A stretch of DNA of 64,000 nt. Source: Candidatus Cloacimonadota bacterium. GTDB lineage: Bacteria > Cloacimonadota > Cloacimonadia > G963667145. How positions within the stretch are numbered: position 1 is the first letter of the stretch; each line of letters opens with the position of its first letter. Positions 9,915 through 19,207 of this stretch are shown here, piece after piece. Where the stretch lies: contig OY781092.1 of NCBI GenBank assembly GCA_963676615.1, forward strand, positions 480,001-544,000, written 5' to 3'. Position numbers and translations under genes: made by a program. The notes beneath the pieces are model-generated. The model saw only the letters and a program-made list of their open reading frames with translations, was not told the origin of the DNA and did not search any database.

Positions 9915-10694
9915 CTAAACCAGATTGACATGCTCCAGTTTGATGCTTTGGTCGTTCAAAATTTTGCGAGCCAAAAGCAAGAAATTTTCTTGATTGTCGG
10001 TGACGAAAAAGTGGTTTTTCCCGAGAGTTTTTTGGGTGGAAGATTCGATTTTTGTCTTTAAAAATCTGCTGATGGCGACGCCTGAGTCGATTAAGTTTAC
10101 TTTGCCGTCAAAAAAATTGTCGATGCTTTTTTTTAGCACAGGATAGTGGGTGCAGCCCAAAATTAAGGTGTCGATTTTGCCCAAGAAATTTTGCAGATAC
10201 TCCCGCACCAAAATGTCGGTGATTTGGTGATTTTCGTAGCCGTTTTCCACCAAGGGGACGAACATCGGGCAGCTTTTGCTGTGGGTGATGACCTGACTGT
10301 TTAGCTTTTGCAGTTCGTGGCTATAAGCTTTACTTTTGACGGTCGCTTCTGTGCCGATAATCCCGATTTTTCCGCTTTTGCTGGCGTTGATGGCGACTTT
10401 TGCGCCGATTTTGATTACGCCAAATATTGGAATGTCGAATTTTGCTCTTAACTCTTTGATAGCCAAAGCACTAGCTGTGTTGCAAGCAACGATGATGACT
10501 TTGACATTTTGCGAGAGAAGAAATCGGACATTTTCTTCGCAAAATCTGATGATGCTCTCTTTGCTTTTTGTGCCATAGGGCAGACGGGCGGTGTCGCCCA
10601 GATAGACGATGTTGTCGCTTGGGAAAGTCGCGCGGATCTCTTTGAAAATCGTTAGTCCGCCGACGCCAGAATCGAATATGCCAATTGGTCTCAT
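9915..10694 (-). CDS. murI: Glutamate racemase
   Basis: IGIFDSGVGG, ACNTAS, LILGCTHYP. Confidence 0.97.
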   Translation of the reverse strand: MRPIGIFDSGVGGLTIFKEIRATFPSDNIVYLGDTARLPYGTKSKESIIRFCEENVRFLLSQNVKVIIVACNTASALAIKELRAKFDIPIFGVIKIGAKVAINASKSGKIGIIGTEATVKSKAYSHELQKLNSQVITHSKSCPMFVPLVENGYENHQITDILVREYLQNFLGKIDTLILGCTHYPVLKKSIDNFFDGKVNLIDSGVAISRFLKTKIESSTQKTLGKNHFFVTDNQENFLLLARKILNDQSIKLEHVNLV

Positions 10695-10699
10695 CGAAA

Positions 10700-12091
10700 C
10701 TATTTCGTTTCTTTGGCGTTAATCTCTTTTCCGTCCAGCTCGTCCAGCAGAGAGCTCACAAGAGATTTTTTGCACACTTCCTTATCTTTTGCGTTTCCCA
10801 AAAACTCCACAAACCCTTGTTGCGTGGTCAATACGGTGTAAAATTTGTCGTCTTTTACAGGAGAAAATCCAAACAAACCAGCTGTTTGCAAAGAGACGAT
10901 TTTGCTTTTGTCGTATTTTAGCTCGGGGGCGTAAATTTGGTAATTTTTTGTTTCAAAAAGAATTTTTTGCAAGATTTGCTTCAGCTCTTTTCCGCTGATT
11001 TTTGCGGTGAAAAGGCGATAATTTTTGCCGAAGAGGTTGTAAATATCCAGCGCAGTGACATTCCCTTTTTGAAGAGGTTGCAAGAAAATATTTTGTGGCA
11101 AAAGAGCAAAATCGGCAGATTGATTTTCGGCGACAGCTCGGCAAATGAAGCTTCCCAAAGGCGTGCGAAAATCTTTTTTTGCAGCTTTGTCGCTAAGTTC
11201 TTCGCCGCAGGTGGCAATCGTTTTTGATTTTTGCGGCGTCTCTTGGCTGGCAGATGCTGGGATTGTGACGATTTGCGCTTGAGCGGAAGTTAGGAATTTG
11301 AATTTGGGCTTGAACTCAAGGTCGATTTGGCTGACTTCGTTTTTTTGCAGGCTAGAGCTTATAATCGGCGTTCCGTTTATTCTAGCGAAGTAGGAACGAT
11401 TTTTGTCGCTGATTAAAATTGCAGAAATCCCTTTAATTTGGCAAACTTTTTCCAGCTCTTTGTCTTGCGCTCGCTTGCTGAAAGTGTCGAAACCGTCGGG
11501 AAAGTTGAGCATCAAAATTATTGCGTTCGGCAAATTTTGAGTTTCTGAAGCCAAGATTTTTTTCAATTCAGCCTCTATCGAAGCAGCCAAAGATGTGGTC
11601 TGGATGTCGTTATTGACAAAAAAATCTTGTGTGTAGCCGCCTAGGAATAATATTTTGATGCCTTTATGGGTGACGAGCGAAGATTTTGGAAAATTGCGTA
11701 GCTTTTTTGAATTTTCGCTTTGCAGGTTTGTGCCAAGTGTTTTTATTTTGGCGTAAGCGTTGATTTTTTGGTATTGCTCTAGCCCGAAACACAGGTCAAG
11801 GCTGCTCAGGAGTGTGTAGCGCACATCGATTTTTTGCAAGATTTTGGCGACAGCCAAGCCTTTATCTTCAAACGAGTTGAACGAGCCAAAATAGTTGTCG
11901 CCGAGGCTGACCACAATCGGCTGGCGATAGTCAAAGGAGATATAGTCGGCTAAATCGCTCGCCCCGAGTCCCTGCTGGGTGGTTTGCACCCGCCCTTGCA
12001 AGTTGTCGAAGGCGATGATTCTGATTTTGTCGAAATCTTCTGCCCACAGCGGACAGAAGACTAAAAAGAGCAGTAACCCAAAAAGACGCAT
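10700..12091 (-). CDS. Secreted 5'-nucleotidase-like protein with degenerate metal motifs
   Basis: Signal peptide; calcineurin-like N-domain remnants; C-domain TPLGSFIC..ADFA..GNVTALDIYNLF..ISGKELKQIL. Confidence 0.7.
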   Translation of the reverse strand: MRLFGLLLFLVFCPLWAEDFDKIRIIAFDNLQGRVQTTQQGLGASDLADYISFDYRQPIVVSLGDNYFGSFNSFEDKGLAVAKILQKIDVRYTLLSSLDLCFGLEQYQKINAYAKIKTLGTNLQSENSKKLRNFPKSSLVTHKGIKILFLGGYTQDFFVNNDIQTTSLAASIEAELKKILASETQNLPNAIILMLNFPDGFDTFSKRAQDKELEKVCQIKGISAILISDKNRSYFARINGTPIISSSLQKNEVSQIDLEFKPKFKFLTSAQAQIVTIPASASQETPQKSKTIATCGEELSDKAAKKDFRTPLGSFICRAVAENQSADFALLPQNIFLQPLQKGNVTALDIYNLFGKNYRLFTAKISGKELKQILQKILFETKNYQIYAPELKYDKSKIVSLQTAGLFGFSPVKDDKFYTVLTTQQGFVEFLGNAKDKEVCKKSLVSSLLDELDGKEINAKETK

Positions 12092-12103
12092 TTTTTTTGC
12101 TAA

Positions 12104-12382
12104 TTAAAAGAGGTAGCCAGCGATGTTTTTGCAGACAGTTTGCATATCGCCAACAGCTTTTTCGATCGCTTGTGGTGCGGTGTTCAAGACCTCTTGCAAA
12201 CTTTTTCTTTTGCTAAAATCTAGACCGCCAGCGGCTTGTTGCTGTTGGTTTGCTTGGGTGGTTTCTTCCAAATTGATTGAGCCAGGATCTGGAGAGGTGA
12301 TTTTTTTCTCCAAAGCTCTCAAAAAAGCCATATTTTTCATCAATAATTTTACAGATTGGTCAAGCATTTCGTGTTTATACAT
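12104..12382 (-). CDS. Hypothetical protein (92 aa)
   Basis: AAGGAG RBS upstream; first gene of the minus-strand run. Confidence 0.7.
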   Translation of the reverse strand: MYKHEMLDQSVKLLMKNMAFLRALEKKITSPDPGSINLEETTQANQQQQAAGGLDFSKRKSLQEVLNTAPQAIEKAVGDMQTVCKNIAGYLF

Positions 12383-12539
12383 CGTTAACTCCTTGTTTTA
12401 ATGTAATTTTTAGTTTTGCCAACACTTTGTCACTTTAAAAAGAAGTCAAGAATTTATTTTTAGATTTCTGAATTTTGATTTTATGATTGACACAAAATTT
12501 CGGTGGAAAAGTTTATTTTGCAAAAAAAAAGAGGTTGGT

Positions 12540-15413
12540 TTGAAAGTTGGAAATTGGGGGAGTTTTGCGATTCGATGGATTAGATGGTGGATTTTTTCGC
12601 TTTGGCTGGTTTTGCCGTTGTTTGCGTGGGCAAAGGTGACGATAAACGAGGTGCTTTATGACCCGAGCGGAACCGACAAAGGTAAGGAGTGGCTGGAGAT
12701 TTACAACGATTCTGAGGCGTCTGTCGATTTGACGGGCTGGCAGATTTATTCGGGAGGTGGAAGTTTTTCGCTGGATTTCACCTTTCCTGTTTGCACGCTG
12801 GCTGGGAAAAGTTTTTTGCTGATCGGTGCGCCAACTTTTTGTGATTTGCAAACAGAGTTCTCTTTTCAGAACGGTGGATCAGAGACAGACGGCATTATGC
12901 TGATGGACTCGCAAGGCGTTTGCCGAGATGTTTTGCTTTATGATAGTTCGAACGCAAGTGGTTTGCAGGTGGAAAATGGTCAAGTGGGGACGAGTTTTGC
13001 GGTTGATGTTGCCCAGGGAAATTCGCTGGCTAGAAAAATTGATGGGCTGGATAGCGACGATTGCATGGCGGATTTTCGGGAATGTGGCAAGCCGACGCCG
13101 GGTAAGAGCAATGTCGAACCGATTATTCCGCTGATAATTAGCGAGATTTTTTACAATCCTGTGGGCATCGACGGCGATGCTGAGTGGATCGAGATTTATA
13201 ATCCGACCGATCAAACTGTGGATTTGCAAGGCTGGCAGATACTTTCTGCGGGGGTTTCTTTTGCGCAGGATTACATTTTTGAGCCGTATCTTCTGGCGGC
13301 GAAATCTTTTGTGGTTTTGGGAGCAGGCGATTTTTGCGATATTAAGCAGCGGTTTTCGTTTCAAAATGGCGGTTCTGCAGTTGACGGCGTGAAACTTTTG
13401 TCGCCTGACGAAGCTTATAGTGATGTGGTTTTGTATGGCGAGAATAACGAGAATTTGCTGGAGGACGAGAGCGGCGATGCGGCGGTGAGTTTTGCGCAGA
13501 ATGTGCAGGAAGGACAGTCGCTGGCGAGGGTTAATCTTGCGCAAGATAACGATGCTAGTGGAATAGATTTTTTGCCGAGCGATTTTTGCACGCTAAAAGA
13601 GGTAAACAAGTTTTCGGTAGATTTACGGCTTGTCGATTTTCAAAATTTGGGAGAGAAATTGTCTGTGCGGGTTGAAAATTTATCGGTTTTTGGGCTAAAA
13701 AATGAGCAAGCGAAAATCGTTTTGAGCTCGCAGGGGCAAAGCGTGCAGGAGGTTTGGGTCGATTCTTTGGCTGCGGGCAAATCTTTGCAGATTGTTTTTA
13801 ATTTGGCGAATTTTTCGCAGCAGTATCAGGTGTGGCAAGCTGAACTTTTTTGCGAGTTGGATGCGGACAAGAGCGATAATCGCCTGGCTTTGTCGCGGTT
13901 AGATGGTGCGAGCCCTTTGCTGATTAGCGAGGTGGTGCCGAGCCCTGTGGAGAGTTCTGCCGAGTGGGTTGAGCTGTATAATTGTGGGCAAGATGCGCTG
14001 AATTTGACGGGAGTGCAGCTCGCAGACGAGTCGGGCAAGAGTTGCAGCTTCGATTTGGCTCTGCCCAGCGGAGATTTTGCGGTGCTTACGGCGGATTTGG
14101 CGGCTTTTTTGCGGGAGTATCCGCAAGCAAATCGGCAGAAAATTTTGCAGGTGGAAGATTTGGTGAGTCTGAACAATTCCAGAGATGTGTTGGTGCTCAG
14201 CGATGGTTTGGGCGCGGTTTTTGATTCGGTGAGTTATGGCAAATCGGACGCTGATAAGCTCAAAAAAAAGCAGGCTCTGGCGAGATATTTTTGGAAAGAT
14301 GACGCCAGCCAATTTTTTGTTACCGATTTTGTGACTCCAACAGAAAGGAATAAGTTCCCGCTGAGCTTGAAGTTAAGCAATTTGCAAAAGTTAGACACGA
14401 AGTTATCCACACAAATACACAATTTGTCCACATTCGATTTGCAGCCAGATTTGGCGCGCGTTTTTTTGAGCTACAACGGCGAAATTGTGGCGGAGCAAAC
14501 GCTTGGTTTTTTGGCTGCGGGAGATTATCAAAAGCTGGAATTTTCGGTTGAGCAGAAAAGCGATTTTTACAAAGTTTGGACAGTAAATCTGGTGTGCGAT
14601 TACGACACAGAAAATGGCGATAACTGCCTTGTTTTGTCGGAAGTTAGCTCGCAAGGAGTGCTGCTCATAAACGAGGTGATGGCAAATCCCGGAAAGGGCT
14701 GTGCCGAGTGGCTGGAGCTGTATAATTCTGATGACGAAAAAATTGAGATAGCGGGGATGCAGATTCGTGACAAATCTGGCGATGTTTCGCGCTTCGATTT
14801 GAGCATTTTGGGCAAAGATTATCTGGTGCTTGTCTCTGATTTAGCGGAGTTTACGCAAACTTATCCACAGGTGGATTTGGCGAAAGTGGCGCAGGTGGAA
14901 GATTTGGTCAGCTTGAACAACAGCAATGAGGTTTTGATTTTGGAAGATTCGCTGGGGCTGTGCTTCGATTCGGTGAGCTACGGGGTTGTGAACGCCCCCA
15001 GTGGCGTGTCGCTGGAGAAGTTCGGCTATGGCGATTACGCAAATGTGTGGGGCGATTGCCTGGAGCAAGCCACACCAGCTGCGGCGAACTCGGTCAGAAT
15101 TTACGAATACAAAGATTTTTTTGCGGTTCGGGTTTCTGGCGAAATTTGCAGAAAAGGCGAGCCGATAATTATCAGCTATAATGTGCCAGAGCTTTTGTCC
15201 ACGGTGCGCGTGCAGTGCCGCGTGTTCGATCTCTCGGGCAGATTGTGCAGGACTGTCGGCAACTATCGACGCTCGGCAATAACTGGCGAGTTGGAGTTCG
15301 ACGGCAAAGACGATAGCGGCGATTTTTTGGAAGCGGGCGTTTATTCGCTCATTTTGACAATTTCTAAGGGTAACACCTTGTATCACAAAAAGTTATACAT
15401 TACAATAAAATGA
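12540..15413 (+). CDS. Secreted protein with four lamin-tail domains and a C-terminal FlgD-Ig/T9SS-like domain
   Basis: Four I(N/S)E..P...EW(L/I/V)E(I/L)YN motifs; C-terminal VFDLSGR..FDGKDDSG..LEAGVY; start moved to TTG 12540 (GAGGT RBS) because ATG 12483 overlaps a TTGACA. Confidence 0.85.
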   Translation: MKVGNWGSFAIRWIRWWIFSLWLVLPLFAWAKVTINEVLYDPSGTDKGKEWLEIYNDSEASVDLTGWQIYSGGGSFSLDFTFPVCTLAGKSFLLIGAPTFCDLQTEFSFQNGGSETDGIMLMDSQGVCRDVLLYDSSNASGLQVENGQVGTSFAVDVAQGNSLARKIDGLDSDDCMADFRECGKPTPGKSNVEPIIPLIISEIFYNPVGIDGDAEWIEIYNPTDQTVDLQGWQILSAGVSFAQDYIFEPYLLAAKSFVVLGAGDFCDIKQRFSFQNGGSAVDGVKLLSPDEAYSDVVLYGENNENLLEDESGDAAVSFAQNVQEGQSLARVNLAQDNDASGIDFLPSDFCTLKEVNKFSVDLRLVDFQNLGEKLSVRVENLSVFGLKNEQAKIVLSSQGQSVQEVWVDSLAAGKSLQIVFNLANFSQQYQVWQAELFCELDADKSDNRLALSRLDGASPLLISEVVPSPVESSAEWVELYNCGQDALNLTGVQLADESGKSCSFDLALPSGDFAVLTADLAAFLREYPQANRQKILQVEDLVSLNNSRDVLVLSDGLGAVFDSVSYGKSDADKLKKKQALARYFWKDDASQFFVTDFVTPTERNKFPLSLKLSNLQKLDTKLSTQIHNLSTFDLQPDLARVFLSYNGEIVAEQTLGFLAAGDYQKLEFSVEQKSDFYKVWTVNLVCDYDTENGDNCLVLSEVSSQGVLLINEVMANPGKGCAEWLELYNSDDEKIEIAGMQIRDKSGDVSRFDLSILGKDYLVLVSDLAEFTQTYPQVDLAKVAQVEDLVSLNNSNEVLILEDSLGLCFDSVSYGVVNAPSGVSLEKFGYGDYANVWGDCLEQATPAAANSVRIYEYKDFFAVRVSGEICRKGEPIIISYNVPELLSTVRVQCRVFDLSGRLCRTVGNYRRSAITGELEFDGKDDSGDFLEAGVYSLILTISKGNTLYHKKLYITIK

Positions 15414-17743
15414 AATATTACAAACTTTATTTTGATCGGAATTTTGAAGACGGCTTGGTTTACAGCTCGCGCGAGTCTCTGCCGCTTTATGTGCGAGTTT
15501 TGGCGAAGCTGCGAGGAAAGCTAGCCACGGCGATTGTGGGCGAAGAGGTCGCCGAGCCTGCGGAATTTAAGTGTTTGCCGATTTTGGAGGTGCTGGACGA
15601 CGAGCCGATTTTGAGTAAGGAGCTGTGCCGATTGGCGGCTTGGATTTCGCGATACTACCATTATCCTTTCGGGATGTCGCTTTTTGAGGTGCTGGACAGC
15701 GGTGCGAAAGTGGATGTTGGGCAAAAAGTTTGCAAGCTAAAGGAGAAAGTTGGCGAGCGACTGCTGGAAATTTTGCCTGCTAGCGGCAGCGTAACTTTGG
15801 GAAAATTGTGCAAAGACTACGGCAAAAGCGGGTTTTACAAAAAGCTGGAGCAGCTGGAACAAGCGGGGTATTTGCGGGTTTTGCGGAGCAATTCCAAAGC
15901 GAGCCTCAAGGGCAAAGAAAATTATTTGCGGCTGGTGGAAAAAAATTGGGCGAAGCTCAAAAACGCTCCAAAGCAGGCGGAACTTTTGGAATATTTAGCT
16001 GGTTGCAAAGGGGATGTCGCTTTGGCGAAGTTGTCTCAAAAATTTTCATATTCGACGATTAAGTCGCTGGAAAATAAGGGGTTAGTCGTGCGGCTGGTTA
16101 AGGAAAAGTTTAGTGAAATTTTTGAGCCGCAGACGGCAGAAGCTGTGGAAGTCGATTTGACAGCGGAGCAGACAAAAGCTTATCGGGAGATTGCTAAAGG
16201 GCTTGATTCGCAAGCTTTTACGCCGTTTTTTCTTTATGGAAAAACGGGGACAGGCAAGACGGAAGTTTACTTTAAGGCGATGAAACGATGTTTGCAAGCG
16301 GGGAAGTCGGTGCTGTTTTTGCTGCCCGAGATTTCGCTGACGCCGCTGATGTTGCAGCGGGTCGGAGCCGCTTTTCCTAAAGAAAAAATTGCGGTTTTGC
16401 ATAGCGGATTGCCAGGGGTGGAGCGATATTTACAATGGAAGCGAGCCAAAGAGGCGCAGATCGTGATTGGTGTGCGCTCGGCGGTTTTTGCACCGCTGCA
16501 AAATCTGGGGCTTGTCGTTGTGGACGAGGAGCACGAGCAGACTTTTAAGCAGGGAAATTCGCCGTTTTACAACGCACGAGATGTGGCTCTTGTGCGAGCA
16601 CAAAGCGCTGGAGCGAGTGTGATTTTGGGCTCTGCCACGCCGTCGCTAGCCTCTTGGCACAACTCTCTGACGGGCAAATATAAACTTTTGCGGTTGGAAA
16701 ATCGTCCTTTTGGCGTTCGTTTTCCGAGCGTGGAGATTTTGGATTTGAAAGGGGAGAAAAGTTTGTTTACCCAGCGGTTTAAGGAGCTGGTTTTGGGGCG
16801 TTTGGAGCGAAAAGAGCAGGTGATAATTTTGCAAAATCGCAGAGGGCATAGCTCGTATTTGCAATGTCGAGATTGCGGCGAGCTGGTGCAATGTCCGCAC
16901 TGTCAGGTCTCGCTGAGCTATCACAGCAGCGATAGCAGCTTGCGGTGTCATTACTGCGGGTTTCAGATGCCGATGCTCAAAAAATGTCCTGCTTGCGGAA
17001 ATTACGGCTTTGCCAAAGGCGGATTTGGCACGCAGCGGATTGAGCAAGATTTGCAAAAAACTTTTCCGCAGGCGAAGATTTTGCGTGTCGATAGCGATAC
17101 GGCGGGCTCTTTTGCCGCTCACAAAAAAAATATGGAGCTAATCGAAAAAGGCGAAGTTGACATTATTTTGGGAACACAGATTGTGGCTAAAGGTTTGGAT
17201 TTTCACAATATAACTTTGGCGGTAGTTTTGCGGGCGGACGATTTGCTGAATATGCCAGATTTTATGGCTGGTGAGCGAAGTTTTGCGCTGCTTACGCAGG
17301 TGGCAGGTCGCACGGGCAGAGGCGAAAAAGTTGGGCATTTTTTGCTGCAAACCTACAATCCCGAAAATCCGTGCTTGCAGATGGTGGAGTCTGGCGATTT
17401 TGAAAATTATGCGGCGCAGGTGCTGGAATCGCGCGAGATTTTGGCGTATCCGCCGTATTCCAAGATGGTTCGGTTCGAGTTTTCGTCGTTGGACGAGAAA
17501 CGGCTGAAAAAATATTTCGCCAAAAATGCGGAGTTGTTCGAGTTTTTGCGGAAGAAAGTGAAGATTTTGGGACCGTCGCCAGCGCTAATCTCGAAGCTGC
17601 AAAAGCGGTATCGCTACCACCTGATTGCCAAATGTGAAAGCCACCAAATCGCCATATGGCTGGTGAGATTTTTGCGCCTGAATCTATCGCCGCTCTATAA
17701 CATCAAGCTGCTAGTGGATGTCGATCCATACAGTTTGTCGTGA
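15410..17743 (+). CDS. priA: Primosomal protein N' (replication restart helicase)
   Basis: GKTGTGKTEVY, LLPEISLTP, VDEEHE, four CxxC pairs, QVAGRTGR. Confidence 0.97.
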   Translation: MKYYKLYFDRNFEDGLVYSSRESLPLYVRVLAKLRGKLATAIVGEEVAEPAEFKCLPILEVLDDEPILSKELCRLAAWISRYYHYPFGMSLFEVLDSGAKVDVGQKVCKLKEKVGERLLEILPASGSVTLGKLCKDYGKSGFYKKLEQLEQAGYLRVLRSNSKASLKGKENYLRLVEKNWAKLKNAPKQAELLEYLAGCKGDVALAKLSQKFSYSTIKSLENKGLVVRLVKEKFSEIFEPQTAEAVEVDLTAEQTKAYREIAKGLDSQAFTPFFLYGKTGTGKTEVYFKAMKRCLQAGKSVLFLLPEISLTPLMLQRVGAAFPKEKIAVLHSGLPGVERYLQWKRAKEAQIVIGVRSAVFAPLQNLGLVVVDEEHEQTFKQGNSPFYNARDVALVRAQSAGASVILGSATPSLASWHNSLTGKYKLLRLENRPFGVRFPSVEILDLKGEKSLFTQRFKELVLGRLERKEQVIILQNRRGHSSYLQCRDCGELVQCPHCQVSLSYHSSDSSLRCHYCGFQMPMLKKCPACGNYGFAKGGFGTQRIEQDLQKTFPQAKILRVDSDTAGSFAAHKKNMELIEKGEVDIILGTQIVAKGLDFHNITLAVVLRADDLLNMPDFMAGERSFALLTQVAGRTGRGEKVGHFLLQTYNPENPCLQMVESGDFENYAAQVLESREILAYPPYSKMVRFEFSSLDEKRLKKYFAKNAELFEFLRKKVKILGPSPALISKLQKRYRYHLIAKCESHQIAIWLVRFLRLNLSPLYNIKLLVDVDPYSLS

Positions 17744-17770
17744 TTTTTTTTTAAGAAAATTGAGGTTTTT

Positions 17771-18742
17771 ATGTTGAATGTTTTGAAAAATAACAAAACT
17801 TTTTTGGGGTTTGAGGTTATCGGCTCATACACCGCCGAGGATATGCAGACCGTGGAGTTTTTGTTTGAGCAAAAAATCAAAATGGGAGCGAAAAAAATCA
17901 ACATTTTGATAAAATTGGACAAGCTCTCGCTAGACAAAAAAAGCTTGCAATTCCTTTTTAAAGAAGCGGTTTACGCTTTCAAGAATCGCAAAAGGTTCCG
18001 CAATATTGCGCTGGTGGGCAATTCGCAGGTAAAGCGGGCGATGTTCAAGCTCGACAAGCTGGTTTTTCAGGACAAGTCCAAGACGATGATCGAAAAATAT
18101 TTCGATGTAAAGCATATGGAAAAGGCGTGGCTTTTTCTGAAAAGTCCCAAGGAGAAGCTGATTTCAGCGGGTGTGCGCAGTTTTTTGAAGTTCGGGTATC
18201 ATCAGACGACGATTACCAAAATTGCAAGGCGCGCAGGGCTGACCAAGGGCGGATTTTATCACCATTTTACGAGCAAAAAGTCGATTTTCGTGACTTGCGT
18301 TATTTCGCTTTTGCAAAATTGGCAGGAGCAGCTAGCGCAGGTGGATAGCGAGAGTGCGGACTGTTTTCATTTTTTGCAAAGCTGTTTTGAGATGTCTTGC
18401 AATCTGGAGGATCAGGCAAAGTTCTCGGGCGCCGATTTTCAGGCGGTTGTGATGAATTATCAGGAGATTATGAATCTGGGAATTTTGTCGAGTAAGCGGG
18501 CGAAAAATGCCGCTACTCGCGTGCGGGAGCAGTTCTGCAAGACGCTGCAAAAACGGTTGGAGCAAGGCAAGGAGGCTGGTAAAATTCGCAAAGATTTGCA
18601 GGTGGAGAATGTGTTGGCTTTGTTTTTTGCGGTTACAAAGGGGATGCCGAATGTGGCTTTGAGCGTGGGAGAAGCTGTTTTTGCGGGTGAGGTTGAAAAA
18701 GCTTTTGCGGCGTTTTGGCAGATGGTGCGAGCGTTAGACTAG
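17771..18742 (+). CDS. SpoIIAA-like (STAS/SEC14) domain fused to a TetR-family regulator
   Basis: N-terminal GFEVIG..IALVG..KYFD..EKAWLFL; internal TetR HTH GYHQTTITKIARRAGLTKGGFYHHFTSK. Confidence 0.8.
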   Translation: MLNVLKNNKTFLGFEVIGSYTAEDMQTVEFLFEQKIKMGAKKINILIKLDKLSLDKKSLQFLFKEAVYAFKNRKRFRNIALVGNSQVKRAMFKLDKLVFQDKSKTMIEKYFDVKHMEKAWLFLKSPKEKLISAGVRSFLKFGYHQTTITKIARRAGLTKGGFYHHFTSKKSIFVTCVISLLQNWQEQLAQVDSESADCFHFLQSCFEMSCNLEDQAKFSGADFQAVVMNYQEIMNLGILSSKRAKNAATRVREQFCKTLQKRLEQGKEAGKIRKDLQVENVLALFFAVTKGMPNVALSVGEAVFAGEVEKAFAAFWQMVRALD

Positions 18743-19207
18743 GTCGCGAAGGTGCTTGCCGAAAAGTTTGTGGGTGAGTGAGAGGAAGACGATGCTTCCC
18801 GCGAAAGCCAGGGCGATTTTTAGGTCGATGCCGTTTAGGGCGATGCCCAGCGTTGTGGCTGTGGCTGGCGGATGTTCGAAGTCCAAAACGACCATACAAA
18901 AAATCGCAAAGCCCACAGCGACGGACACTAGCAGCGCCGAGTAGATTGCGGTTTCGGGCAAAAATTGGTGAAAAAAAACGCCGATGAAGATGCACGAGAT
19001 TTGACCGCCGATGAGGTTGCGCGGTTTTGCGGGGACAGATTTTGGCATAGCGAAGACGATGAAGGTGCTGGCGCCGATTGAGGCGACGATAGCGATTTCT
19101 TGCAGTTGCAGATAGAGCAAGACGCAAAAAATTGTTGCGGCTGCCAAAATCGATTGCACGAGGTAGTTCTGCCAATTTTCGCAAAACTCTTTGAAGTTGA
19201 AAATCAT
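18734..19207 (-). CDS. HPP family membrane protein
   Basis: ASIGAS..PRNLIGG and EHPPATAT motifs; ATG 19207 overlaps the aroC stop. Confidence 0.88.
   Translation of the reverse strand: MIFNFKEFCENWQNYLVQSILAAATIFCVLLYLQLQEIAIVASIGASTFIVFAMPKSVPAKPRNLIGGQISCIFIGVFFHQFLPETAIYSALLVSVAVGFAIFCMVVLDFEHPPATATTLGIALNGIDLKIALAFAGSIVFLSLTHKLFGKHLRDLV

Noticed and set aside
14403..14869. Two perfect DnaA boxes TTATCCACA (14403, 14861) and a one-mismatch copy (14424)
   Set aside because: They sit inside an intact CDS with no AT-rich unwinding element or dnaA/dnaN context, so they do not support oriC
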